NCBI RefSeq assembly: GCF_006345805.1
Contig: NC_042997.1
Span: 174,778,001 to 174,842,000 of the forward strand
Direction of reading: 5' to 3'
DNA from: Octopus sinensis
Taxonomy: Eukaryota
DNA length: 64,000 nt
Part shown: positions 26,027-38,202 of the stretch, one piece after another
Numbering within the stretch: position 1 is the first letter of the stretch
Layout of the letters: each line of letters begins with the position of its first letter
Made by a program: the position numbers and the translations under genes
The notes under the pieces: generated by a model
Told to the model about the DNA's origin: nothing
The model's database searches: none
The model's input: the letters and a program-made list of their open reading frames with translations, nothing else

Positions 26027-27161
26027 GGTTAAATAAGCGTATATACGAATGCATATTTTAATTATTTTTGTGTTTGATTCTATATTTATAATTTTATAAT
26101 ACAGAATCGACATATCTCAAAGATTGAGAAATCTTGGCATCTGGAGGCAGAAAGGTGACTCAATGAGAAAAAAATATTTCTTGATATAGAATTGTAAGAG
26201 AACGTTATCGGAACAAAAAGAAACCTTGTTGTTCCTAAATCTCTCAACGAGAGATATCCAGTAAATAATCGTTATATAATCGGAACAACATCTTGATTAA
26301 CACGAAATTTATTAAGTCTGAATCGATGACTCGAGTGGATTTAGTACTGCCAAACCTTACAAAAGTAATTTCTTTAATCTGTTACAAAATTTCATTTCAT
26401 GAAAAAATAAGAAAAGGATTTATAAAGATAATAGTAATAATTTTTTGTTGAAATTTTCTGAGACATAAAGTACATCTCAAGATTTTCTCAAGTGTAAAAT
26501 GGTTGGAAAACACTGGTTTTAGAAGGTTAGCAAGTGAAGTAACTTCTGGTACCAAAAGCCAATCCAAGTCTTCGAATGTTGCAGTTTTGAGAAATGTTTT
26601 ATAATAATAATATTGTTATTTCTTAGTGATTTTCTATCGATAATTTTTAAGCGAGAATTTAGCAAATAAAATTTTACTTTTTTAATTCCGTTCCTACTGT
26701 ATTGTACAAATCTCCGTTCGTGGAGATTTTCATATCAGTGTTTTGGGGTTTTTTGTTGTTGTTTTGTTTTTCTGTGAGAAGAGGTTAGTAGCTCCTAACT
26801 CAACTATTCCCTATTTCTAGACAAACGGACGTTGTGAGTAGTCTTTCACGACTCTTCTCAAAAGGCAACTTGGTCGAGAGATGGAAGAAGGGGAGAGCCA
26901 GCCAGACAGACAGATGGACAGACATAGTCAGACAGATAGACAAACAGAGACAGGCAGAAACAGAGTGAGAGATGCATTAGCCCCAGTATTTGACTAGCAC
27001 TTTATTTGTCGACGATGTCATTGTCCACCTCAGTCAGATTTGAGCTCAGGGCACAGAGAGCCAGAAAAAAATATATGCTATAAAGATCCTGACAGCTCGT
27101 GTGTGTATATAAATATATATTTGGTACGTTTCTCTCTCCCTCTCTCTCTCTCTCTCTCTCC

Positions 27162-27194
<33 letters not shown>

Positions 27195-27335
27195 CACACA
27201 CAAACATTTACAAAAAAACATTCAGAAAGAGGGTCGAGTTTAAATGTCCTATTTGGTTTTTGAATGAATGTGTCTATCTATATATAGTTGTGTATGCGCA
27301 TGTATGTATGCAAGTATGTATATTTGTATGTATTC

Positions 27336-27368
<33 letters not shown>

Positions 27369-27961
27369 TGTATGTATGTATGTATGATTGTATGTATGTA
27401 TGTATGTATGTATGTATGTATGTATGTATGTATGTATGTATGTATGTATGTATGTATGTATGCAAGCATGTATGTATGTATGTATGTATGTATCCTGTTT
27501 GGACGCATCCTTTACGAATTAGATAAAATTTCGGTTGAATGAAAACAGTAACGTCTGCACCGAAGGTTGAAAACCTTTTGGTCTCATCTAAATTAGACAA
27601 TTAGCCCAACTGTCTCCACCACCACCGCAGCCACCACCAACCAATAATACTAACACCATCACCATCAACAACACCATCAGCACAAGCCTCTAATACACCA
27701 TCACGACAATTACTACGCAATCATCGCGGCTCACTAATTCCTATAATGTCATGGCGGTGTTTAAAGGAACGAAAGAGAAAAGAAGACAGCGAGAGAGAAA
27801 GAGAGGACGAGATAGAGAGAGGTGTACGGTATGACAACTGCTGTCGGTTCACTTATAAAAATGGCCGGAAGGGAGAGACTTGCTGGACTGGAAATCAAAC
27901 CAAACAGTTACAAAAAACTAAAGTGGTACCAGTTGTTAATTTTTACCTTTCAAGTGAAATT

Positions 27962-28260
<299 letters not shown>

Positions 28261-28599
28261 GGGAAGAGTTTTCCATTTATTCATGATTTTTAAATAGACG
28301 ACTATGTTTACGTTTAATCTTTTCTATTTTAGATTTTTCGTATTTTCGTTTTTCACTCTAAGCTTAAAAAAAAATAAAGGTACAAAAGTCATATTTGACG
28401 CGTCCACATTTTCGCGGATTGAATTTAAAGAATTAAGTACATGTGGCGTCCGTGTTGTTTGTTATATACTGGTTGAACTCTCGTAAGGTTTTCCCCGCCA
28501 ATGGCGTTTTAACCGTTAGCTTCATGCATAATCAGTCACGTGTTGGGTTTCATTCTCATCGCGGTCAAATTTTGACCATTATGATGCTTTCATTTTCTT

Positions 28600-29240
28600 C
28601 TTTTTATGTCAGTAAGCAGATGTTTATTTCTTGTTAATTTTTGCTTTGTATGTGATATGAGTATGGTTTCCATAATTAATACTCTTTCTTTGGACTTTTC
28701 AAAATTAAGTGGTCCCTTCTCTTGTATTTTCTTATGAAATTTTGTTTTGTGGTATGTGGTGTAATATATTGCTATAACGCCATTTTCAAAATGTATGATG
28801 CGACTACTAGATAGCGTTGCGTTGGTTTGTTCAATGTAAAAGCTAGGTTCCTGGAGTTTCTAACATTTAGTTTCATTGTCAAAATCATAAATCACACTGA
28901 TCATCTGCACTTTGATTTCGGGCTTACATGCTTGTGGAATGTAATTGATAAATAGATGTTTTAGTTTCGTAGTTTTTATCGTACGTTATTGGTTAAGTGT
29001 ATGGTTGGATGTGAGGCAATTTGAATCAGTTTTACGGGGGGTTTTAATAATATGCTCATCTATTCGATAGTGTTTGTACATTTGGTACATGTAATAGAAT
29101 TTATGTGTGGTTTCTGTATTTCTTTTAGGTGTTTTCTCTGATATATATATTGTCTTGTATTTGTTTTCATCTTCTTATTTACCTTGATCCATTAGTCTAT
29201 TAGAATGTACATTTTAATTCAAGTTTGTTTAATTCTATAT
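28600..29240 (-). pseudogene. Penelope-like GIY-YIG endonuclease remnant
   Basis: Minus-strand FYYMYQMYKHYRIDEHIIK ... SVIYDF ... FYIEQTNATLSSRII ... RVLIMETILI resembles Penelope FYxNQMHxNYKxDE / VYxF / YIGxTxxxLSxR / RLxIxEALxI. Confidence 0.6.
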
Positions 29241-29526
29241 ATTTCTTCCCCTAATGCAGTGTTTCTCAAACGGGGCCCATATAATCCCAGGGGCTTCACA
29301 TAAAATTTTTGGAGATTCACGGAAGCAAAATAGTAAATTGGGGATCCACAGCAGCATATTAAGTGTCCATGAAAAACTTATACTTTAGATGTATTTATCG
29401 CAAGAAGCAGCTAGGTTTCTATCGCAAATGTTTTACGAAGTTCAAGTTACGCAAGTGATTGAATGAATAGAAAATAGGAATTTTTATGGAGGCGCAGGGG
29501 TGGCTGTGTGGTAAGTAGCTTGCTTA

Positions 29527-31593
29527 CTTCCGGTTACCCAGAATGCAACACTAATTGGTCTGGACTGTTACAGTGACAAGATGTGAGTTTTTTTGGGCTC
29601 CGTGAATAGCAAAAAGAACAAAAAGAAAAATTGTCAATTATGGCTCGCTATAGCGAGGAAAATACTGGGTTCTCATCACCGTAACGGTGAATTGAGAATT
29701 TTTGCTTGAAAACTCTTTTTGCAAATTCTAGTGGGCGTATCTCGCCAGAAAAAGTACAATTTTTCCGAATAAGCCATTTGGATTACCTTTTTGGAGTATT
29801 ATACAAAGGATTCCCTGTCTATGCTATTTGTGAGGTTTTTCTTTTACTTTTCCCTTCTATTTTTTCTTTCTTTCTAAATTTTGGTTCATTCTTTTCATTA
29901 CTTTAATTTCAGTTTCCTTTCCTCCTCTTTTATTTTGTTTTATTTTTATTCGGTTTAATTTTTTGGCAGACTTTTGAACTACTTTTGAACTGTTTTTTGA
30001 CATGGCAGAGAAGGAACTTAAAAAGAAAAACTTTGTCTTAGAGTGGGAAATTAACCCGCCTAAGCAGTGGTTAAAAGATATGGAGGAGAAGACGATGGTG
30101 CCTAGAACTTATTCTAAAGTTCTTAATTCCATCACCGTCTTCCCAAAACAAGTTATAAAAAATGAACTTAAAAATTATTTGTCCTCTTTAAAATATATAT
30201 CTCGTGGTATCAAACATGCAACCGTATGGTTGCTGTTTGACAACAGGGAAAAGGCTCGCCAGTTTGCGAGTCAGTCTTTAGAAGGCAAGGAAATTTTGTT
30301 CCTTCCGTCAGATTGCGGGAGGAAATTAATAAGAGCCTGGGTATGTGGGTTACCCCCAGGCACCGAAACGGATTAGATTGAAGTTACCATCCGACGGGGA
30401 CTGGGGGATGGCGGGCCCAGGCTCTTAAATGTAAAGGTATTGCCGGCGGTCGATTGGGAAGGGTCAAAAGCGATTTTGACCCTGTGGACCCCATCGGCCG
30501 CAACAGATCTGGTTTTTCCAGATTTCTTGAAAATGGCTGGCTGCAGGTATCCGGTGATACTTGAGGGACGTCCCCCAAGTGTCACTCATGCCTGCAGCCA
30601 GGCCACATTAAAAGGAACTGCCCCCAGGACCATGGTAAAGTCCTGGAACAGTCACTAGATGCCACCTCCCCTACCCGGTCAAAGGGCGAGGTGGATGTGG
30701 TCGAGGAGGCTTCAGCCTCCTCAACTCAAAAAGGATTAAAAAGGAAGAATGCGGGCAACAATAGTTGCCCGCTGAAGGAACCTATGGCTTCGGGAGGCTA
30801 GGGAGAGTCTCCGGACAAAGCGGAAGAGCTCCACTCTCCCGAAATCAGGAAGAAAAGAAAAAAAGAAGGAAGAAGAACGGGTCATCTCAGCGGGGAGATG
30901 ATGTGCCGTCTGTATACCCCGAAGTTGTGCCATCCACAGTGAAAGAAACCACCCCCACCCTTAAAGATGATCAATTAATTATCTTTTTCTATAAGGGCGG
31001 AGAGGTGGAAAAAGTAGTAGAAGAACATAAAGAGACAGTAGATATGCCCTTCACACGGGGTCCCGAATGGCCTCCGCAGATAGCTGTGGAGGTCATAAGC
31101 TTTCCCTTGTGGGAAAGGCTGAAAGGATTTGGGGAGGTGTGTCGCATATGGCCGGGCAGCCCTTACACGACTTACATGTCCTACATGAGTGAGGCATGGG
31201 AAATGGCGGGATACAGGAAGTCAAGCGGCATTGAAGATAATCATGAATATATCGATGGATATATCGAAGAGTAGGAGGTGAAAGACCCTCGTTGTAGAGT
31301 TTGAAACCTCATCTTATTGTATTATTTGTAGTGGTTTATAACATCAATTGTGTGTTAAAAAAAAAACAACATGTTAAGTAAGAGGTTTTAGTGCCTCCTT
31401 CTTGTAAGAAGTTTGAAACCTCATATTGATTTTTTAAAAAAAGAAAATGTTTTCGAGAAAAATCCAATCGGTGGGTGTTGGGTTTCCTCTCTCATTTATT
31501 AATTCTATTTCATTTTCATTCATTAATGTGTTTGTCCAGCCCGCAAAGCTACACACCCTTTGTACTGCCTATGATGACAAATTTTATGAAATA
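29527..31593 (+). mobile_element. ORF1-only L1/Tx1-type retroelement (HAL1-like), apparently full length
   Basis: 14-bp TSD AAGTAGCTTGCTTA (29513-29526 and 31594-31607); 5' end CTTCCGG; ~475-nt leader; single gag-like frame; ~320-nt 3' region ending AATAAA; no endonuclease or RT sequence. Confidence 0.8.
30002..31274 (+). pseudogene. Gag-like LINE ORF1 protein (~420 aa reconstructed) with a CCHC zinc knuckle
   Basis: ATG at 30002; in-frame TAG at 30374-30376; same frame continues to EGRP; a 1-nt shift at ~30576 restores CHSCLQPGHIKRNC (CX2CX4HX4C); low-complexity basic linker with a second TAG and a shift in an A-run; C-terminal domain ending GYIEE-stop at 31274. Confidence 0.8.
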
Positions 31594-31751
31594 AAGTAGC
31601 TTGCTTAACAACCACATGGTTCCGGGTTCAGTCCCACTGCGTGGCAGCTTGGGCAAGTGTCTTCTACTATAGCCTCGGGCCGACCAAAGCCCTGTGAGTG
31701 GATTTTGTAGACAGAAATTGAAAGAAGCCTTTCGTATATATGTATATGTTA

Positions 31752-31795
<44 letters not shown>

Positions 31796-32839
31796 GTGTG
31801 TGTGTCTGTGTGTCTGTGTTTGTCCCCCCAACATCGCTTGACAACCGATGCTGGTGTGTTTACGTCCCATAACTTAGCGGTTCGGCAAAAGAGACCGATA
31901 GAATAAGTAATAGGCTTACAAAGAATAAGTCCTGGGGTCGATTTGCTCGACTAAAGGCGGTGCTCTAGCATGGCCGCAGTCAAAATAACTGAAACAAGTG
32001 AAAAAAGCTAGGTTTTGGATATCGAATGGCTGTGAGGGTCCACCAAAATAAAATAGTAATTAAAGTAATCCATAGAAGAACCATTGCTCTAATACATTGT
32101 TTGTGAACGGAATATACTCTTCTAAGGAATGATTTTGCCATTGACATCTTATAGTTGAGTAGACATTCAGTCGTCATATAGCTATATGTATTTGTTTGAT
32201 TCTTTTGTGTATACTAACACTATCTGTATGGGGTATTTTCGATCTGTATGTTTATGTCTAAAAACGGGTTTCCTATGGCTACAGACAAAAAATTAAAAAC
32301 TGCATCAGACAAATTAACACGCGACTGCATCGCTATATCATCCAACTTTGTATATGGAGGACATAAGTCATCGTGCCAGCTGTTTGCCCAACATCATGAC
32401 TTCTAACCCAAGAAGGATGTATGTAGACACAGGCACCAGTTTTCTTCATTTTATCGTTTGTTATCGGCAAATTCGTAGCTGTGGAGATGGAACTTATTTC
32501 TCCAAGGCATCGTTTGACTGAAATACGAACCTACTTCAACAAAGAAACACACATATTTAACGTGCATATGTATGTTATTGGATGGCCATTGGCGCACAAG
32601 ATTCCATCTGCCTTTTAGTAGTTCTATTTCTCGTTCTGAAGGTTATCAGTCACTTTTCTGACAAACCGAGCTTGGAGAAATCACTAGTTTCAGTCACTCT
32701 TGACGAGAAGTACGCGCTACAACTGATTTACAAATTATATATTAGCAGTAGCGATTTCAAGTGCCCTGATCGTATACACACACACGCACACATACATATA
32801 CAAACACACACACACACGCACGCACAGATATATAAATAT

Positions 32840-33002
32840 ATATACGACGGGTTTCTTCCAGTTTCCATCTACCAAATCCACTCACAAGGCTTTGGTCGAC
32901 CCGATGCTATAGTAGAAGACACTTTCCCAAGATGCCACGTAGTGGGACTAAACCCGGAACCATGAGCTGGTAAGCAAGCTACCAAACGGCAACTCCTGCC
33001 CC
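32840..33002 (-). mobile_element. SINE family D, head half
   Basis: TACGACGGGTTTCTTCCAGTTTCC...GGTAAGCAAGCTAC. Confidence 0.75.
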
Positions 33003-33014
33003 ATAATATATATA

Positions 33015-33445
33015 TAATGGAACAAGAATGCAATAGGGGACAGTAAAACAACCGGACAGATAGATGATACAAAGGCAGAGAGGAAAAACAACAGTTAAAG
33101 GAACAGGAAAAGAAAGGATGGGTCATTCGTGGCCTTCTTTCGTCAGTCAAGTTACCAGATGTCCTTACAGTTTCGGACAATGACACTTGAGACTGTTCGA
33201 TCTGGTTGCCCCCAAAAAAGTCTAAGCTAAGAGTATTAGAATTTTTGTAAGAAAGCAAGCGAATATGTGCGACAACAGAGACAAAAAGCGGAGAACATGG
33301 TACACAATTACAAATACAAACAACACTAATATAACAACAGGTGTGAGGGCCACGAAAGACACGTCCTTTTCTTTCCTGTCCCTCTAATTGTTGTTTTTCT
33401 TAACCACATTTTTATCGTCTATCTGTCCTGTTGTTCAACAGGAGA
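33015..33445. mobile_element. Fold-back element with diverged ~90-bp inverted ends (same family as 9.2 kb and 41.2 kb)
   Basis: 33048-33135 resembles the reverse complement of 33344-33440; interior matches 9265-9380. Confidence 0.55.
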
Positions 33446-34062
33446 TATCTACCTGACATTCTGGGTCAAGAGAAAGGACAGGGTCATGTTCAACTCCTAA
33501 GAGTAATCTTCTAACTGCATTATTCTTCTATGAATGTATCTATAAATCAAGATCCTTGCATATAGAAATGAGTTATATTAAGTCCCGTATACGTACATAG
33601 CCTCGCCTCATTGTCTACCAGTTAAGCGGGCGAGACACACGCTTGATACACACCTAAATGAGGGTAATGGTTATTGGGGTATTATGTACATGTGCATTGG
33701 TAGCGTAGCTGGAGGTGAACTGGGCGTGGCCCGATTCGGATGTAATTATGTGAGCGGCACCTTTTGGATTGCTGTATAAATCTGTGTAAGCTTGGCGCCC
33801 GGGATAAAAAACTTAAGGGCTGCCCCGTGCGGCACACACCCTAGCTATAACACATATGTACATACGTGCGTGTGGTGTGTGTGCGCGCGCGTGGGTATGT
33901 AAATATATATGAATGTATACATATATGAATCTATACATATGTGTCTATACACATACATAAATTTGCGTATATATTTCTGTATATATGTATAGGTACGTAT
34001 ACTTGTGTGTGTGTGTTTGTGTGAGTGTGCAAGTGATATTGTGTGTCTGAGTGTGTGAGTGA

Positions 34063-34159
<97 letters not shown>

Positions 34160-34625
34160 CAAAACAAATTTTACTCAAAACGGAAAAAATTCACGAAAGA
34201 TAAAAAGAAATTAGTTCTGCGCGATCTGTGACGTAAAGACTAAGGAGTCATTGCACATTAGTTGAAAACAATGTTAATTTAATCAACGTAAACAAATAAT
34301 ATTTAACTATACATCTATAATATAGCCAATAAATACAAGAAAAAATATCCCCAAATATATAACTAATTCATTAAATTATATATATATTGACAGATAAATT
34401 TTAGGGTACTTTTTCTTTTCTCTTGTGAAAACTTTCAAATGAATTATCGTATGTTTGTTTTCCTTTCGTCATGTTTTCCCTCTTTTTATTTTTCTTTAAC
34501 AAATAAGAATTGTCTTACTTTCAACAATACTATCTTAATAGGTTAACTGTCTTTAACGATAGTCTTAAATGAAATCAACTCGAAACCGCACAGTTACAAA
34601 TTGATGTTTTTAACTGTACAACCAC

Positions 34626-35115
<490 letters not shown>

Positions 35116-35390
35116 ATAGATACGTTTTAGTCAGGTAAATGGTTATAAGTGTAGCCACAAAAGAATAGATGGTTTTTCAGTCATCTTAAATTTCAATGGG
35201 CTGTTTAGAGAGTTATATCTTTTAATATCACTAAATCAAATATTTTTGGTGCTGACTTGTATATATATATATATATAGTAAAAGCAATTAAGATTCAAGT
35301 GAGTTCTATTGAATTCATTTGAATGCGGTTCTTAACTTAGATGCACCAGAAAACTATATGGTATTAACCATAAATGTGGGGTGATTATAA

Positions 35391-35487
35391 ACAAGAAAAA
35401 AGCAACAAGAATGGATTAGTTTTTCAGTACAATTGTACGTATGAAACAATTGTACTGAAAACCTAATCCATTCTTGTTGCTTTTTCT

Positions 35488-35490
<3 letters not shown>
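35391..35490. repeat. Hairpin with ~45-bp arms
   Basis: ACAAGAAAAAAGCAACAAGAATGGATTAGTTTTTCAGTACAATTGT and its near-perfect reverse complement, 9-nt spacer, adjacent to (TA)n. Confidence 0.9.
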
Positions 35491-35544
<54 letters not shown>

Positions 35545-35807
35545 ATATATATATATATATATACATATATATACATATATATATATTCATGCATATACAT
35601 ATATAACTACAGGAACTTTGGTTGCGGAGAGCGATGTAAAGTTCAACTAGTTTCATCTTTCTTAAGACTCAAGAGGGATCGTTTAAGTATTCTGGCAGAT
35701 TTTATGCCTAGCTGCCAAATTTCTTTGATTGATTCACGGGTTAAATTCTTACAACCTAACTAAATGTATGCTTCTAAAACATATTGTGTGTGATATACAT
35801 ATAAATC

Positions 35808-36190
35808 GTGGAGGTGCAATGGACCATTGGTTAGGGCAGTGGACTTGCGGTCGTATTATCGCGGTTTCGATTCCCAGACCGGGCGTTGTGAGCGTTTATT
35901 GAGCGAAAACACCTAAAGTTCCACAAGGTAGGGGATGGTGGTGAACCCTGCTGTACTCTATCACTACAACTTTCTCTCACTCTTTCTTCTTGTTTCTGTT
36001 GTACCTGTATTTCAAAGGGCCAGCCTTGTCACACTCTGTGTCACGCTGAATAATAGTTCTCCCCGAGAACTATGTTAAGGGTACACGTGTCTGTGGAGTG
36101 CTCAGCCATTTGCACGTTAATTTCACGAGCAGGCTGTTCCGTTGATCGGATCAACTGGAACCCTCGTCGTCGTAACCGACGGAGTACCAA
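35808..36190 (+). mobile_element. SINE family C, full length
   Basis: GTGGAGGTGCAATGGACCATTGGTTAGGGCAG...GGTTTCGATTCCC; tail CTCGTCGTCGTAACCGACGGAGT then (CAA)n. Confidence 0.88.
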
Positions 36191-36409
36191 CAACAACATA
36201 TAAACCACACACTCACGCACTCGATCCCTAGATCTCGGTTAGAAACCAGTACTTTCTCTATTGCCAAGAAATCTTGAAGTAAAACTGGATAATAACATAA
36301 GAAAATTAGTTACGCTTGCATACATTTCTTTGTACCAATAAAAACACAATCACATATGTGTGTGCATATGTGTGAATGTATATATGTATCCATGTGTGTA
36401 TATATAAAG

Positions 36410-36720
36410 GTTAGAAACCTCCTCCGGTCATGAATGATAATGAGATTGTACCTAGAAAGTTCCCCTCTCAGGTACAAATCCGGGCAAGGTTATTTATGGT
36501 AGGCCAGTAGTCACCCATGCATACCAGCCTCTCTTCTCCATGCCACTGATGTTATCCAAGGGAAAGGCATAGGCCGATACAGCTTGGCACTCAGTGAACT
36601 GGAGCAACGTGAAATAAAGTGTCTTGTTCAAGAACACAACACACATCCCGGTCCGGAATCGAACTCGCTACCTCACGATTGTGAGCCCAACCCTCAAGCT
36701 ACTGAGCCATGAGCCTTCTC
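36410..36720 (-). mobile_element. SINE family B
   Basis: Homologous to 23930-24255. Confidence 0.78.
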
Positions 36721-36992
36721 ACACGTATGAGCGTCTGGTTTTTAAATTGATATTAAAATTAATATTAATTTATCTCCCTCAATTTTTAAATATTTAAATA
36801 AATACGTTCCCTAGTTGTAAGCTTTACCCGCAGTGAATTATTCACTGCAGCCCTTCGCTTCAGGAGTCTCTTAGCGCGCCAGAGCCAAGACATTTGAAAT
36901 TTTATTCCCGATGTAATCAGTAAGACTAAGCACGTGTCTGTCTTGACAGAGAGAGCTGGGGTTAGTCTTTCAGTTTGCATCTCGAGGACCGA

Positions 36993-37066
36993 ATGTACTG
37001 ATGAAGTCACGGACACTTGAATTATGCAAGTAATTCTTTTGTTAAGACCGAAACCGAGGTATGCAT
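36993..37066 (+). ncRNA. Type I hammerhead ribozyme
   Basis: ATGTA-CTGATGA-(A)GTC...GAC(C)-GAAA-CC-GA-GG-T-A-TGCAT: stem I ATGTA/TGCAT, intact core, stem III ACC/GGT, GUA cleavage after 37061, extra hairpin ACTTG/CAAGT in loop II. Confidence 0.8.
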
Positions 37067-37534
37067 TTAAGTCTGTTTTTTATTTAATTTTTCATATGTC
37101 TTGCCCGCCAAATTTGGTTCTGGTGTTCGCTGAATTCTTCCTCTAGAGAATTTCCCTTCTAGTTTGATCGTTGATGATCTTCTTCTAGCATTCTGGCCGG
37201 CTACCTAGCAGCCACCCTGCCCATATACACATATATTTGAATTTTCTCTGACTCCTCAGATTTTTTGAATGCTGGACTACTGGTTTTAAATTGATATTAA
37301 AATAATATTAATTTATCTCCCTCAATTTTTAAATATTAAATAAATACGTTCCCTAGTTGTAAGCTTTACCCGCAGTGAATTATTCACTGCAGCCCTTCGC
37401 TTCAGGAGTCTCTTAGCGCGCCAGAGCCAAGACATTTGAAATTTTATTCCCGATGTAATCAGTAAGACTAAGCACGTGTCTGTCTTGACAGAGAGAGCTG
37501 GGGTTAGTCTTTCCAGTTTGCATCTCGAGGACCG

Positions 37535-37607
37535 AAGTACTGATGAGTCACGGACACTTGAATTATGCAAGTAATTCTTTTGTTAAGACCGAAACCGAGG
37601 TATGCAT
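37535..37607 (+). ncRNA. Type I hammerhead ribozyme (second tandem copy)
   Basis: CTGATGA at 37540-37546, GAAAC at 37591, GTA cleavage after 37602; differs from copy 1 by 1-nt indels. Confidence 0.75.
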
Positions 37608-37793
37608 TTAAGTCTGTTTTTTATTTAATTTTTCATATGTCCTGCCCGCCAATTTGGTTCTGGTGTTCGCTGAATTCTTCCTCTAGAGAATTTCCCTTGT
37701 AGTTTGATCGTTGATGATCTTCTTCTACCATTCTGGCGGCTACCAGTTCGGCTAGCCTGCCCTAGCAGACCAGCCCTGCCATATACATATATA

Positions 37794-37824
<31 letters not shown>

Positions 37825-37873
37825 ATATCATGAGGTAGCAAGTTCGATTCCCGACGGGGATGGGTGTTGTGTT

Positions 37874-37908
<35 letters not shown>

Positions 37909-38167
37909 GCATACTATATATATATTATATATAAACATAAACATATATATATATAAATACATACATAAACATATATATGTATACATAGATATATATATAT
38001 ATATAGACATATATATATATATACGTATATATGTACATATATGTACGTATATATATGTACGTATGTGTGTGTATATATATATATACACGCATTGCATTAC
38101 GTGTCTATATATATGCAAATATATTTGCCGCGGTTGTGTGTGTCGGGGGTGCATGCGTGCTTGAATA

Positions 38168-38202
<35 letters not shown>

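Larger units (their letters stand above)
29489..32007 (+). mobile_element. SINE family D interrupted in its tRNA head by a 2.07-kb insertion
   Basis: Head GGCGCAGGGGTGGCTGTGTGGTAAGTAGCTTGCTTA stops at 29526 and resumes at 31594 (AAGTAGCTTGCTTAACAACCACATGG), continuing through the normal body and tail. Confidence 0.9.
29257..32086. mobile_element. hAT (Charlie-like) MITE, split by nested SINE and retroelement insertions
   Basis: Left end CAGTGTTTCTC; right end GAAGAACCATTG (reverse complement CAATGGTTCTTC). 8-bp flanks CCCTAATG and CTCTAATA match 6/8, resembling the hAT NTCTAGAN-type TSD. Confidence 0.55.
36735..37785 (+). mobile_element. Tandem pair (5'-truncated + complete) of a ~560-bp hammerhead-containing element (retrozyme/Penelope-LTR-like)
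   Basis: 36735 aligns with 37280 (545-bp period); each unit holds a hammerhead; units are bounded by short TA/CA microsatellite; diverged homologue at 59455-59977. Confidence 0.8.

Noticed and set aside
32582-32965. 127-aa ORF with a signal-peptide-like start
   Set aside because: Runs into a CA microsatellite and a SINE; no domain; likely chance.
33790-33845. GC hairpin followed by CTAG resembling a Helitron 3' end
   Set aside because: Hairpin is weak, CTAG is not followed by T, and no 5' TC end was found; may instead be a decayed small hAT MITE.
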